From Octopus bimaculoides (Eukaryota), in NCBI RefSeq assembly GCF_001194135.2, contig NC_068999.1, positions 2,804,355 to 2,853,539 on the forward strand: a stretch of DNA of 49,185 nt, written 5' to 3'. Position 1 is the stretch's first letter, and each line of letters starts with the position of its first letter. Of this stretch, positions 48,997-49,185 are shown in pieces. Made by a program: the position numbers and the translations under genes. The notes beneath the pieces are model-generated. The model was not told the origin of the DNA, did not search any database, and saw nothing but the letters and a program-made list of their open reading frames with translations.

Positions 48997-49185
48997 GATA
49001 CATACACAAGTATATACAGACATCGACACAAACAGTTCCACTTCGGTAAATATCGATCTCAAGAACTGAATATATTTAATGTCTGAAAGATCTTTTCCGA
49101 AGCAGAAATTTTTCCATATTGGAAATTTCAGATTCCCAGACTTAATTTTACTGCAATTTCTTGGAGTAAATTGACTCGAAAGTTG

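Noticed and set aside
49125-49185. Minus-strand LLQEIAVKLSLGI resembling homeodomain helix 2
   Set aside because: A stop follows immediately, the upstream residues lack YPD, and there is no donor site. It does not match the Shox sequence.

Overview
This is AT-rich animal genomic DNA with about 12 assembly gaps (N runs), dense microsatellites and many decayed transposons. The SINE sequences and repeat landscape look like an octopus or other coleoid cephalopod scaffold; that taxon call is an inference from recall, not a database search. Only one cellular gene is supportable: the 3' part of a Shox/SHOX2-family paired-class homeobox gene on the minus strand. It shows as a 58-bp exon encoding homeodomain helix 3 (25598-25655, VWFQNRRAKCRKQESQMQK), spliced in phase 1 across a 10.7-kb intron to a terminal exon (14553-14869) that ends in the OAR motif SSSIADLRLKAKKHLATLGL*. 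I could not find the exon for homeodomain helices 1-2 in the sequenced part of the window. The rest consists of an RTE-clade LINE relic, an R4/Dong-like LINE fragment, a Tigger/pogo transposase fragment, a mariner-like MITE, two or more tRNA-derived SINE families, minisatellites and microsatellites. The most unusual unexplained structures are a perfect 20-bp hairpin in the Shox intron, a ~30-bp fold-back at the RTE 5' junction, a candidate Shox start exon, inverted SINE pairs, a convergent pair of CTCF-like motifs and a decayed coding-like segment. I see no convincing new multi-gene system. Nearly all ORFs in the supplied track are artefacts of N runs or simple repeats.
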